Source: an uncultured bacterium
GTDB taxonomy: Bacteria; Verrucomicrobiota; Verrucomicrobiia; Limisphaerales; UBA8199
Assembly: GCA_963749495.1 (NCBI GenBank)
Contig: CAVVMW010000027.1
Span: forward strand, 39,421-103,420
Direction of reading: 5' to 3'
Length of the DNA: 64,000 nt
This document shows positions 1 through 10,465 of this stretch, piece by piece. Positions within the stretch are counted from its first letter, which is position 1; each line of letters starts with the position of its first letter. The notes beneath the pieces were generated by a model. The model ran no database searches. It had not been told where the DNA came from and was given only the letters and a program-made list of their open reading frames with translations. Made by a program: the position numbers and the translations under genes.

Positions 1-97
1 CCGGGTTGTTGGTTTGGGCCTGGAGGATAGGCGTGGCAGTGGCAAAGGCGCAGATCGAGATGGCAAAGAATCGCCGCCTGAGCGGGAGCGTGTTCAT
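1..97 (-). CDS. N-terminus of a secreted protein (runs off window)
   Basis: ATG at 97 reads MNTLPLRRRFFAISICAFATATPILQAQTNNP..., a basic + hydrophobic signal peptide; directly downstream of the GH5 C-terminal module. Confidence 0.55.
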   Translation of the reverse strand, partial: MNTLPLRRRFFAISICAFATATPILQAQTNNP

Positions 98-110
98 GGG
101 GTTCAATGTT

Positions 111-467
111 TCATTCCAGCCAGGCGCCTTCGATTTCCACGGCGTGCCTTTCGGCGGCGTGCGCCGGAAAGAGCCAGGCGCCAAAGCAGAAGTTGATGGC
201 CTGCAGCTTGCCGGCCTGGAACCGGTCTCCTGGCTCGCCCCGTTCCCGGGGTGCTTGCCAATGCGAAAAGTAACGGAATCTGTCCCAAGGCACAGTCACG
301 TCCTGCCAGGAGCCCCTCAGAGGCACATTGCATCCCCACGGCGCGCCATCCTCCTCCAGGAGGACCACCTCCACGGCACTGGTTCCTGGTTCCCCGGCCC
401 GCACGCGCAGGCGCAAGCCTTTGCACGCGCTCAACCAATCCTCCCAAGGACGAAGCTCCTCGCTCAA
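111..467 (-). pseudogene. C-terminal carbohydrate-binding module (CIA30/CBM11-like) of the upstream GH5 gene, separated by an in-frame TAA
   Basis: Same frame as 468..2351 with only TAA 468-470 between; GLRLRVRA...W..VTVPW..F...FCFG pattern typical of galactose-binding-fold CBMs. Confidence 0.55.
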
Positions 468-2351
468 TTAAGCCCTGTCCGAACGCAACGGCAGGCCTTG
501 CCAAGGAGTGTCGGGTTGGGTCCGATGCTCCAGGCGGATTTCGGGCGTGCCCGGCGCCGCTACTGTTAGGTGGATGGGCAGGTCCCGGCCAGACACCCAA
601 CCTGGCACCGGGTCATGCCACACCGCAGGGTTGAGCTCTGGGCGCTCCGGTGGCGCTATGAACTCGAAGTCATAATTGGGAGGAACGCCGGCCTTGACCC
701 CGGGCCGGGTCAGAATCCAGACGCCGGGGCTCGCCGTGATTTCCCCCTGGTTGGCCCGAGCGGTCATGCGGGTGTTGTGAAAGGCTGCCGTAAAGTCCGG
801 CCCCAGGTCCGGCAGGGAAATGCGCATGGGCCAGGAGCGCCAATAGACCCGGGACACCTCCCGCTCAAAGCTGTCCGGCCCGAACGGGTCATTGACCCAA
901 ACCGCATCCGGGTAAACCTGCATCACCCAGCATCCTGGTGCCACACGGTCCAGGAAATAGGCGCCGGTGCCTCCGTAGCGAACAATGGGAGAGGAGCCGC
1001 GCCCCGCAATGCGTTCAAGCTTCTCGCGAACAGGCGGGCTGGTGCGGGTGGTGTTCGAGTAGAGAAAGGCCATCTCCGAAACATACTCGCTGAGGTCCTC
1101 CTCATAGCTCACCCGGAATTCCGGCGGCAAGCCGGGGCGAAGCACCCCGAACACGTTGTTGGCAGGATAGCGGCGCTGCTCTCCCAGGCGCGGCAACCGG
1201 TGGAAGGCCTCGGCCGCGACCATGAAACTGAGCGTCTTGCCGGGCGCATAGACGAGGTTCAGATAATGCGTCTGCCAGCCCTTGTTGAACGGGGCCAGGG
1301 GGAGCGGGTCGTATTGGAACTGCGCCGCGAACTGAACCCCGCCGCAACGGAAGGCCCGGGCCATGGCGGCATACATGTAGCTGCCCGGAACATCGGCGGC
1401 ATCGAACTCGTACACGCCTATGGCCTTCCCCGCCAGAGCCGGCGAACGCATCTCAGGGTAGTCCGCCACCACGGGCAGGAAGTTACGGCGCAGGGCGTGC
1501 CCAGCCACCAGGCCCGAGGGATACCAGCCAAAAGTGCAGCCCTCGATGGTGGCTCGGCTCACCGCCGCGAGGTGCCCGCCCCACCCATTGTAGAAGACCG
1601 GTTTACCGCATCCGGCGCCTCGGACGCGCCGTGCCAGAGTATTGATGTAATCCGTTATCGTGGCGTCCGTAATGTCGGGGGGGTACTGCGGCTCATTGAT
1701 GAGTTCGATGGCGGCGATGGCCGGTTCGTCCGCGTAAGTCAGCCCGGTATATCGGTTCGTGTGCCGCAGGAACTGCTCGAGATACCGGCCCTGCGCAGCC
1801 CAGGCGGCCGGGTCAGTGGTCATCCGGGGCATCGAGTAGGCATCGGAAAACCCGTCGCTTCGCCCCGGCACACCCCACCAGGCGATGGGGGTGAGCACCA
1901 GGTAAATGCCGCGGCCCCTGGCCTGGGCGATGAGGTAGTCGAGCAAGCGCAGGTGATCGTTGTCCAATAGGTTACCCTGCCGGTCGCTGATCTCCCGGTC
2001 AAAGACATGCAAGCGCAGCAGGTCCAAACGCAGCCGTTTTAAGTGCGCCAGGTCGGTGCGGATGGTCTGCTCGTGGTCCGCGCCGATGGCCTTGAGGTCG
2101 GCGTAATTCCAGTGAAAGGGCGCATAGTAATTCACGCCAAACAGCGCAACCTCCTCCCGCGTGTCCTTCCAGCGGAGCAACCCCTGGTCGAAAACGATTT
2201 CCCGGTCGGCCACTTGGCCCGCCGCAGCCCCGCCCGCGAGCAGGAGCCCGCTAACCCAAGCGCTCAGCAGCGTCCATTGGCAGCGAGAATACAGGCGAGG
2301 CAGAAGCAAAGCGTTCATGGCCCAAGCATGGCCACCAGCCAAGAACCGCAC
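468..2351 (-). CDS. Secreted GH5-like (clan GH-A) glycoside hydrolase; start may be ATG 2318
   Basis: LFGVNYY, LRLH, ELINEP (acid/base) and VYEFD (nucleophile-like) motifs; signal peptide. Confidence 0.75.
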   Translation of the reverse strand: MRFLAGGHAWAMNALLLPRLYSRCQWTLLSAWVSGLLLAGGAAAGQVADREIVFDQGLLRWKDTREEVALFGVNYYAPFHWNYADLKAIGADHEQTIRTDLAHLKRLRLDLLRLHVFDREISDRQGNLLDNDHLRLLDYLIAQARGRGIYLVLTPIAWWGVPGRSDGFSDAYSMPRMTTDPAAWAAQGRYLEQFLRHTNRYTGLTYADEPAIAAIELINEPQYPPDITDATITDYINTLARRVRGAGCGKPVFYNGWGGHLAAVSRATIEGCTFGWYPSGLVAGHALRRNFLPVVADYPEMRSPALAGKAIGVYEFDAADVPGSYMYAAMARAFRCGGVQFAAQFQYDPLPLAPFNKGWQTHYLNLVYAPGKTLSFMVAAEAFHRLPRLGEQRRYPANNVFGVLRPGLPPEFRVSYEEDLSEYVSEMAFLYSNTTRTSPPVREKLERIAGRGSSPIVRYGGTGAYFLDRVAPGCWVMQVYPDAVWVNDPFGPDSFEREVSRVYWRSWPMRISLPDLGPDFTAAFHNTRMTARANQGEITASPGVWILTRPGVKAGVPPNYDFEFIAPPERPELNPAVWHDPVPGWVSGRDLPIHLTVAAPGTPEIRLEHRTQPDTPWQGLPLRSDRA

Positions 2352-2735
2352 AACCGCTTTTTCTCAGGACATCGTCTCGGCCGAGTCGGCTGCAGGGCCT
2401 CGATGGCGGGCGCGCGGGCGAACTCGTTCACGGGCAGCCGCGGGATGATTTCATGGCGGTGCACCGGGCCTATGCGAAACGAGCGAAGGTGAAAATCCCG
2501 GCGCTGGAGGATTACGAACGGAAGCAGGCAGGGGCCAAAGCCGAATCAACAGCTATCAGTTGGCCGCAATCGGGGCGAACAGAAACCGCGGGGCGTGCTT
2601 TTTGCCGCAGATGTGAGGGGGCTGGGAAAATAAACCGCGATTGAATGTCCACGACTCGCGGTTTGCCGGAAGTACTGATAAGAACTGACCGATGTCAACA
2701 GATCCAACGCGTCGGTTCGATGAAATGATACTTCT

Positions 2736-3275
2736 ATGGCAACCCGCATCTTGCCCGCTCCGGCGGACTCAAAGGCGCTAATACTGGCGCTGCTCGCCTC
2801 AGTGGCGGCAGCCTTGGCAACCCCTGCCGCCGACACACCGCCCTTGCAGGATCATTTCCAGTCTGAGGCCATTTACCATGAAACCCTGATGACCCCGGGC
2901 GAGTTGCAGCATCAGAAAACGCGGCTGCTCCTTCGGATCAGAGAACAGAGCCCGGCTGGAGCGGATCCGGTGCATAGCGGTCCGACCGAGAGGTTGATCG
3001 CCGATTGGCTGAAGGTAGCCGATTGGCTGAAGAATGGGGAGGATCACTGGAGCGGCCGCAAGAAGGAAGAGATTGCGTACAAAATTCTGGCTACTGAGCG
3101 GGTGGCGTTTAGGATTCTGGCCTCCGCAGGAATGGACCGTGACCTGGCTGCACGCCCGTTCGTACCCAACTCCTCGAAGGTCGAGCCCATTGCACAACAG
3201 ATTCTCTCAGCAGAGGATGCTGAAGCCAGTGGGCAACTAAGAAGAACCAAAGACAACCCTGCGGCGGTGGTATGA
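2736..3275 (+). CDS. Hypothetical exported protein
   Basis: 179-aa ORF with ATG start and hydrophobic Ala-rich signal (LILALLASVAAALA); no recognisable domain. Confidence 0.5.
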   Translation: MATRILPAPADSKALILALLASVAAALATPAADTPPLQDHFQSEAIYHETLMTPGELQHQKTRLLLRIREQSPAGADPVHSGPTERLIADWLKVADWLKNGEDHWSGRKKEEIAYKILATERVAFRILASAGMDRDLAARPFVPNSSKVEPIAQQILSAEDAEASGQLRRTKDNPAAVV

Positions 3276-3329
3276 ACAATTGGGCATGGCTGCTTCCTTG
3301 TTGGGTTTGGAAAAATGGGTAACGTCCTC

Positions 3330-3500
3330 ATAATTTTCGATGCCGGTCGCATCCGCGCCAACGTCAAGGTCCAAGACGCGCGGCAGGAGCAGGCGCTGGC
3401 GAGTTACGAGAAAACCGCGTTGGCTTCCTTCGAGGACGTGGAGAACGCACTCGTGGGATACGCCAAGGAACAGGTGCGCCGTCGTTCGCTGGAGGAATCC
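3330..3500 (+). pseudogene. Isolated internal fragment of a NodT/OprM-family outer-membrane efflux lipoprotein
   Basis: IFDAGRIRANV..QDARQEQALASYEKTAL.SFEDVENAL is the OEP repeat signature; no N- or C-terminus. Confidence 0.75.
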
Positions 3501-3964
3501 ATGTCTGATTATGCACAAAGGCAGCAGAGCAACTGATAACGCCATGAGGATCGTTTTTCAGAGTGAACCTGCGCCGGCAGCGAAGCGATTTCTTCTCCGC
3601 CAGGAAACGGACTATAGCTTTGCTGCTCCTCCGGTCGGCCTGCGGCGAGGTTTTGCCTTGGCCGCGTCTCGCCCGGTCAAGGTTCCCTGGCTTGCCCTTG
3701 GCCAGAGGACATGGGTCCTAAAGGGACTGCGCAAGAAGCTGGCTCATATCGCGTCAGCCTTTTGGGAAGCGCGCGCATTCCCTCGCGTGCAACGCTCGGC
3801 CCCTACAGGGCATTTGGCGCATCCACAGAGCCAGCTGGCGCTACTCTCGGCCAGTCGCATGAGGGCGCGCTTCCCTACATACTCAGCCCGCTGGAAAAGC
3901 GGGATTTTCAATACACAAACGCCAACCGTACATCCCCGTTGAGTGGGAACACAACTGCACTTTC

Positions 3965-4522
3965 ATGAGCACCCTGCGAATTCTGGTTGCCGATCACCAC
4001 GAAGTAGTCCGGCAAGCGCTCCGTTCGATCCTGGAGGAGCAATCGGGTTGGGAAATCTGCGGGGAGGCTACCGGCGGGCAGGGGGCGATTGCAAAGGCGA
4101 AGGAGGTTCAGCCGGACGTTGTCGTACTGGACTTCCGCATGCCCGACTTGAATGGACCGGAGGCGACCCGCCGCATTCGACGCGCGCTCCCCGCGGCCGA
4201 GGTGCTGGTTCGCGTGAGGATGCACGATTCTGAACGGTTGGCGCGGGCGCTTCTGATGGCAGGGGCGCGAGGATTCATCCTGAAGGCCGACCCAGGAAAC
4301 GCCCTGGTCGAGGCGGTGAGGAAGCTCAGTCAGCACCAGCGTTTTTTCACCCCGAAGGTCCCCAAGCCGATGCTCAACGACTGTCTGGAGAACAGGAGTG
4401 CGGGTGGTGAAGCCAACTCCGAGCCATTGACAGCGCGCCAGCACCCGGAAAAACATATTAGAGTTGGTTTTCATATTCGCTATTTCCCGTCCGTGCCGAC
4501 GCTTATTCAGCCAGCGCAATAA
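3965..4522 (+). pseudogene. NarL/FixJ-family response regulator truncated at the start of its HTH
   Basis: REC domain (ILVADHH, VVVLDFRMPDLNG, GARGFILK); similarity stops after PLTAR (~4440); acidic pocket DD>DH and VLVRVRMH look degenerate. Confidence 0.75.
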
Positions 4523-7500
4523 CAATATTCCCGCTATAGGTCTCACCCTGCTTAATTGGTTCTTCCTTCCCGTCAATCTTCATAACTACCTTAGCTCCGT
4601 TGGCTCCCTCAATGGTACCATTGTCAACAACGAGTTTGCTGATTAAGCTTTCTCCGATGACCTTCCATACGCCGCCGTCTTTAAGGCTGACGGAAATGGT
4701 GCTACTGCCGTTTCTGTAGTTCCTGTTTGCCACATGCCCGAGACAGTAGTACTCGTTAATTGTGAAACGGGTATTCTGCTTCCCGGTTTCATCGACATGC
4801 CTGGTTTCTGTCAAAGAAATCCCCCCGTTAAGCGTTGCTCCCTTTCGGATGGAGACCTCTAGCGCCTTTCCGCTCTGAGTATAGTAGCCGGAGCCGTTGA
4901 ATACGTTGCCTTTATAGTTGCCGTTTAACAGTGCCAGTTTAACAACGCTGCTGCCGCCGGGGCCGCCGGGACCGCCGGGGCCGCCGGCACCACCAGGAGG
5001 ACCACCAGGACCACCAGGACCACCGGGAGGACCATCAGGACCGCCGCCACCAGGACCATCAGGACCACGGGGAGCTCCACCTGCCTGTTCACCAGGCATT
5101 CCGCCCTGCTGTCCACGGGGCGAGGAACCGGCTTTGGTGACATTGCCGCTTTCAGAGGGCCAGCCCGGTGCTTCATTAAACTCGGTCTTGAATCCATCCC
5201 TGCTTCCGCCAACCGTGCGGTCGTCATTGTCGATCATCTGTAGTATGGTGCCGGATGCGGAACTCAGCACCGCGCTGTCGACCACAAAGCTCACACCGCC
5301 CGCCTTAGCCAGGAATATAGCCTCCTCGCTGTTGACCACCGTTCCGTCCAGGACATTGACGGTACCTTGGCCGTGCGACATGAAGCCGAAGACAGAATTG
5401 ATGGTGGTCGGCTTGCCTTTTCCGGTAACAGTCTCGATGACCTTGCCCTCGGCATCTTTGAGGTCAATCCTTCCGTTGGAGGACTTATAAGTACCCTCGC
5501 CGCCGGTATAGATTCCAGCATAGGTCAAGCCGTTGAAGGTCGCGCCGTAAAAGTTCTGCTGAGCGTTGCCTGTGAGATAGGTGCCGTAGCCTGAGCCGTA
5601 TTTACTGCTGTAGGAGTACTTGCCGGAGCTCATGCCGCCTTTGAGAGGCCGGCAGGATCTGCAGTGTGGTGTCCACCACATTCATCACAGGACTGGTGCC
5701 CTCATCCGTGGACAGGACCGCCCAGGCGCCGGAAGTAACTGTTGAGTTTATGACCGTCAGGGTGGACTTGTTGCCTATCATGTTGGCCGCACGTACCCCG
5801 CCCTGGATGCCCAGCACCCATGGGGGCGAGAGCATGATATTCTGATTCGCGCTGTTGACATATCCTTTCCAGGCTTGGGTCAGGGGGTTGGCTCCCATGG
5901 TTGTGATGGTTGAATCCTCAACGAGGATCTGGGCGTAGTTATCGGAGATCAATGCCGCGCGCAGGAAGCCCTTGGTGTCGATCTTCATGGAATGCACCTT
6001 CACCTTGGCGTGATCGGAGGCGACGATCTGGACGCCGAGTCCTGAAAAGTCAGAGGCGTTCTTGCCGTCGCCGTTATCAGAGGCGGATATAGTACCGGTC
6101 AGGGTGAGATCGGTCCCCTTTCCGGTTGCGATCACCGTGTCAAACCCTTCACCTTTGGCTACGATATCGAGGTCGAGATTGGATACGGGCCCGTCTTTAT
6201 CAACCAGCAGGGAGTATTCTTCAATGATAGCGCCGTCTCTGACATAGTAGCCGACGCTGAATTTGTCATTCCCGCGGCGTGTGTAATGGGTTGCAGTGCC
6301 TTCGAAGGTGGTGGCTGCATCAATGGTCCTTCCTTTAGCAGTTACAGTACTTGTCCCCTCCGTGCCGCCGCCGTCATCGGTCCGGAATGGAATGGCGGGC
6401 AAACCAGCGCCGTTGAAGAGCGTCGCTTTGGGGTTGGCTTGCCAGGCGTAGCGCGCGGCGACTGGGTTGGGCACTTCGGATGACGATACCACCACGGTCT
6501 CGCCTACAATCCTGGCATCAGCCCAATGCCATTTGCGGTCTTCGCCGCAAACAGAGAATTCTTCCAGCTTGTCGCCGTTAACGACCAGACCACCGTCCGT
6601 GTGAGTGAAGGAGATTTTCAGCGCCCCGGGGACCTTCTCCACGGAAGCAAAGCGCGGACCGGAATAGGGGATGTTCTTGCCGTAATGCCTGGCGAGGGCC
6701 ACCAGCGCGAGGCGCTCGCCCACTTCCTTTTTGTCTTTTGGATGGACGTCCCTCGCGTCGCCGACATCGATGGCCACCGCCAATCCCGAGTTCGTCACCG
6801 TGTTCGCGACGAAATCCTGCGCTGCGCGCAGCTCCGCCCATGAATCATCGCCGGGGGCGTCCTTGTGTTGCTTGTGAGGCGCGAGGCTTACGATATAGAA
6901 CGGAAGATCTCCTTGGCCGAAAGCTCTCCGCCAGTCGGCAATCATGGCGGCCAAAAGCTTGCGATATTCGGCAGCACGTTCGGTGTTAGATTCGCCCTGG
7001 TACCAGATCGCGCCGCTGATGGCCAAGGGCGCGACGGGAGCAATCATGCCGTTGTAGAGAACGGCGGGCGTGTTCGGCCCGCTTCCAGTGTCACTAATCC
7101 CGAGCGATCGGAGCGTCTCGGCCCTCGTCCATGCTTCCGCCGGCGTGCCTCCACCGCAATCTTCCACCAGCCCGATAGGGACATCAACCTCTTGCTGCAA
7201 ACGGCGCCCAAAGAAGTAAGCCACCGCTGAGAAGCCGCTCCATCCCTCGCCCACATTTTGTGGTGAGCACATCTTCCATGAGCCTTGCGGAATCGCCGCT
7301 GGCTTGCGAGCAGTCTGCTGCTTCACGACGAACAATCGGATTCTCGGCTGGTCCGCCGCTTTGACTTCCTCGCTCCCGTTTCGGGCCTTGCCCAGCCCCA
7401 TCTCCATGTTGGACTGCCCGCCGCACAACCACACATCTCCCACCAGCACTTCGTGGAATTCGACGTGTTGGGGCCCGTCGATGATAACAGTGTATGGACC

Positions 7501-8277
7501 ACCCGGCGCGGGAGGCTGGATCACAACTGACCAACGACCATCGTCCTTAGTCACCGTCTTTACCGTGTTCTCCGCGATTCTGACGCGGATTTCCTCCCCT
7601 GGCTTGGCCCACCCCCAAATGGTGTTGGGTTTTCCGCGCTGGAGAACCATGTTGTCGCCGAATATCGGGCTGACAAACGACGTTTCAAAGCCGCCCTCGA
7701 CGGCTGGCGGGCGGTTGCCGTCCGGACCCCCGGGGCCGTTGCCCGGACCGCCCGGAGCGCCGGGTCCGCCGCGGGGAAAACCGGGGCCGCCAAACCCGCC
7801 TGGTCCGCCTCGGCCGCCCATATTCATAACCATCATGAGCGCCGGAGTCGGGAGGCTGAGCTTGTTCGGCGAGGCTTGGAGTTTGGCGAACGCCTCGGCA
7901 CGCGCCAGGGCTCGAGCCAATTCAGCGGCGGCTAGTTTTTCAGCTTTCGCCTTAACGTCCCCCGCGTCGGATTTCTCGGTGTAGATGGCTGCATTCAGGG
8001 CGTTTCGGGCTTCCGTGACCGCCTGGTCCAGCGGAGCGTTGGCCTGGTTCATGGCGCGAATTGCGGCTTGCTGCTCCTGCGTTAACTGCGGCATGCCAGG
8101 CATGCCCGGCATACCCTGACCACCGCCAGGAGGGCCGCCGCGCGCTCCTGGACCTTGAGTTTGCTGTGCCTCTGGACTGCGACCCCCCGGACCATCCACC
8201 GGCTGGCCCCCAGAGGGCCAGGTCCAGGTCAAAGCCAAAATCATCGCCGCAAATGAGACTGCATGGTTCGTGATCAT
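4503..8277 (-). CDS. Large secreted multidomain protein: Spy/CpxP-like helical domain + Gly/Pro linker + sialate O-acetylesterase (SGNH) + beta-helix repeats; one frameshift at ~5640
   Basis: ORFs 5602..8289 and 4503..5681 join as ...LQILPASQ/GGMSSGKY if one A is removed; FGDNMVLQR, GDVWLCGGQSNM, WYQGESN, DVHP, ARYAW esterase motifs; GGAGG before ATG 8277. Confidence 0.7.
4941..5070. repeat. Coding low-complexity tandem repeat (GGP/GGPPGG)
   Basis: Imperfect GGACCACCA/GGACCGCCG 9-mers encoding a Gly/Pro linker; similar tracts at ~7715-7820 and ~9540-9720. Confidence 0.8.
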
Positions 8278-8343
8278 AATGACCTCCAAAAGTGCCTCGA
8301 TTCGCCAGTGAGCGTTACCTGCCCGGTATTGGGCGATGGCCTT

Positions 8344-10185
8344 TCATTCCGGCGAAAGCGTGCCGCCGTCAGCCAGTTTCCAGGTTTTTCCGCCGAGCCA
8401 TTGATTCGCGGCCAGATCCGCTTTGTAACGGACGGTGTTGCCGTTGCCATGGATGTTGGTAATGCTATCGCCGGAAACGCAGTCCGCGTCCGCCAGGCTA
8501 GTAAGCGTGGAATCGGCCGTGACTTTCCATTCGCTGGTGGCGTCCAGGGCGAGCGCGGCATTGCGCACTGCGCCGGTGAGCACGGAATGATTCTTCAAAT
8601 CCACTTTAGCGGAACTGACCTTGTCCACGGTAATATCGCCCGCCAGCTTCTGGTTATCGCCCGTCAATTCGACGTGGCCGCCGTTGGAACCGGTGCGGCC
8701 CCAGCGCGACGCGGCGGCGTTGACCAGCACGCCGGAGGCGGCGGACAGCTTCACGTCCTTCAGATGAATCATGCCTCGCGTGTTGTTAACAAAGAACAGC
8801 GGTCCTTGCGCAGCGGAAAGTGAGCCGCCGTCCATGCTAAAAGCTCCTTCCTGGCCTTCGGCGTCGCCGGAAAAACTTTGGTAAACCATCACACCGCATT
8901 TCAATGCGCCGGACATTTCGCAATTCTTCAGAGCAATCGAATTACGGCCTTCAATCACGGCGCCCTCGGAACCAGTCGCAATGAAAGTGGCGTTTTCTGC
9001 CCGGATGTCGCCGGTGGAATAAATGCCCGGCGAGTCCTGGCCATGGGAGGTGATTCTGCCGCCGGAAACCCAAATCGTCCCGCCGCCACGGTCCGTGGCG
9101 ACCACGCCGCCGTGAATGCGCTCAGTGGTCATGTCGACGTTCGTGATGGCGAGCGAGCCGCCGCCGCTGGCCATCACGCCATGGCCGCCTTCTCCCGTTG
9201 CGGTTATGGAACCGCCATTCATCGAAGCGAACGCGCCAGCACCGTAAGCGAACAGGCCATTGGCGCCCCCGCCGGTGGTGCTGATGCTGCCGCCGTAAAT
9301 AGCAATGCGGCTGTTTTTGGTCACGAGCACGCCGGCGTTCTGGCCAAGGAAACTGCTGTTCTCCTGTGACGAGGTGTTGCCGGTTGTCGTGACGGTCACG
9401 TTGGACAAGACCAGATTGCCGCCATTGAGCACATAAACGCCGGACACATCGGTGCCGTCCGAAGAAAAAGTCTTGTCCGCAACTGTTTGCGTGGTGCCGT
9501 CCACGGTGAATGCGCCGCTCAACTTGGCCGCCGAGCGGGAACCGCCGCCAGGACCGCCGGGGCCGCCGCCAGGACCGCCGGGGCCACCGCCGCCGGGCGG
9601 CATGTCAGGCGGACCACCTCCGTCGTCGGGGGGCGGTCCACCGAATGCCCCATCGGGTGGCGGACCTGGGGGCGGGTCGCCGAACCCACCCGGACCCCCG
9701 CCGAAACCGCCCGGACCACCAAATCTCCTGCCCGAACCTCCGAGCAACATGACGATTTGCTGCGTAGGCAGGTTTAGCTTATTTGGCGATGCCTGGAGCT
9801 TGGCGAAGCCTTCCGCTCGCGCCTGGGCGAGTGCCAGTTCCGCGGCCGCTAATTTTTCAGCCTTCGCTTTAATGTCCGCCGTATCGGATTTGTCGGTGTA
9901 GATCGCTGCGTTCAGGGCGTTGCGCGCTTCGTTGACGGCCTGAGCCAGCGGCGCATTGGCCTTGTTGAAGGCCTGGACGGCTGCCTGCTGTTCCTGCGTA
10001 AGCTGTGGCATACCGCCCATGCCGGGACCGCCGCCTGGAGGACCACCAGGGCCACCACCGCCTTGCTCCGGGCTTTGGGCTTCCTGGGCCTCGGACCCGG
10101 GACGGCGCTCCAATTGTCCCCACGACGACCATGTCCAAGTCAGGACCAACATCACTGCTATTATCGAGAATTTGTTCTTCGTCAT
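8344..10185 (-). CDS. Secreted Spy/CpxP-like domain + Gly/Pro linker + right-handed beta-helix protein
   Basis: Signal peptide MTKNKFSIIAVMLVLTWTW; LTQEQ motif then amphipathic helices; repeats like ISTTGGGANGLFA, ITATGEGGHGVMA, ITSHGQDSPGIYS; GGAGG before ATG 10185. Confidence 0.8.
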   Translation of the reverse strand: MTKNKFSIIAVMLVLTWTWSSWGQLERRPGSEAQEAQSPEQGGGGPGGPPGGGPGMGGMPQLTQEQQAAVQAFNKANAPLAQAVNEARNALNAAIYTDKSDTADIKAKAEKLAAAELALAQARAEGFAKLQASPNKLNLPTQQIVMLLGGSGRRFGGPGGFGGGPGGFGDPPPGPPPDGAFGGPPPDDGGGPPDMPPGGGGPGGPGGGPGGPGGGSRSAAKLSGAFTVDGTTQTVADKTFSSDGTDVSGVYVLNGGNLVLSNVTVTTTGNTSSQENSSFLGQNAGVLVTKNSRIAIYGGSISTTGGGANGLFAYGAGAFASMNGGSITATGEGGHGVMASGGGSLAITNVDMTTERIHGGVVATDRGGGTIWVSGGRITSHGQDSPGIYSTGDIRAENATFIATGSEGAVIEGRNSIALKNCEMSGALKCGVMVYQSFSGDAEGQEGAFSMDGGSLSAAQGPLFFVNNTRGMIHLKDVKLSAASGVLVNAAASRWGRTGSNGGHVELTGDNQKLAGDITVDKVSSAKVDLKNHSVLTGAVRNAALALDATSEWKVTADSTLTSLADADCVSGDSITNIHGNGNTVRYKADLAANQWLGGKTWKLADGGTLSPE

Positions 10186-10377
10186 AACACTGGCCTCCAA
10201 AGGTTCACCTGCTCTCGCTCCGGCCATTCCTGCCCGTCAGACTGCGACACCGTTCAACTCCCGGCTCTGGCGAAACCTGGGCTTCACGTAATCGTCGGCT
10301 TTCTCGGTGGCCGGAAACGAGTTCAGTTAGTAGTTCTTTCATGCCCTCACCTTAAGTCAGGCCGCCGCTCAAAGTCA

Positions 10378-10394
10378 TGTTAAGGAGTGTTAAG
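10378..10394. promoter_or_regulatory. Candidate OmpR/PhoB-family operator (TGTTAAG direct repeat, 10-bp period)
   Basis: TGTTAAG at 10378-10384 and 10388-10394, plus CTTAAG at 10351-10356, in the divergent intergenic region next to an OmpR-type TCS. Confidence 0.55.
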
Positions 10395-10465
10395 AAACGG
10401 CCGGCTCCTTGACCCCGGCGCGCGAAACCGGCTATGATTCTCCGTGCAGTGAACGCCGGCCAGTC

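Noticed and set aside
570..1970. Long antisense ORFs (also 20972..22030, 32009..33169, 40148..41341, 45565..46740, 50457..51812)
   Set aside because: Each lies opposite a gene with clear family motifs; stop-poor reverse frames are expected in GC-rich DNA
2365..2644. Coding-like stretch (DDFMAVHRAYAKRAKVKIPALEDYERKQ)
   Set aside because: May be another gene remnant, but no family could be recognised
3941..3960. Possible sigma54 -24/-12 element; 17530-17619 and 52871-52890 were also inspected
   Set aside because: Matches to TGGCACG-N4-TTGC are poor or mis-spaced
4918..5490. Collagen-like PPGPPG ORFs on + (also 7304..7984 and 9452..9901) and possible CRISPR-like repeats
   Set aside because: They are antisense shadows of the GGP linkers in minus-strand genes; the repeats are imperfect 9-mers without unique spacers, and no cas genes are present
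10205..10342. 45-codon minus-strand ORF upstream of the beta-helix gene (possible leader peptide)
   Set aside because: No informative composition or attenuator structure seen; unsupported
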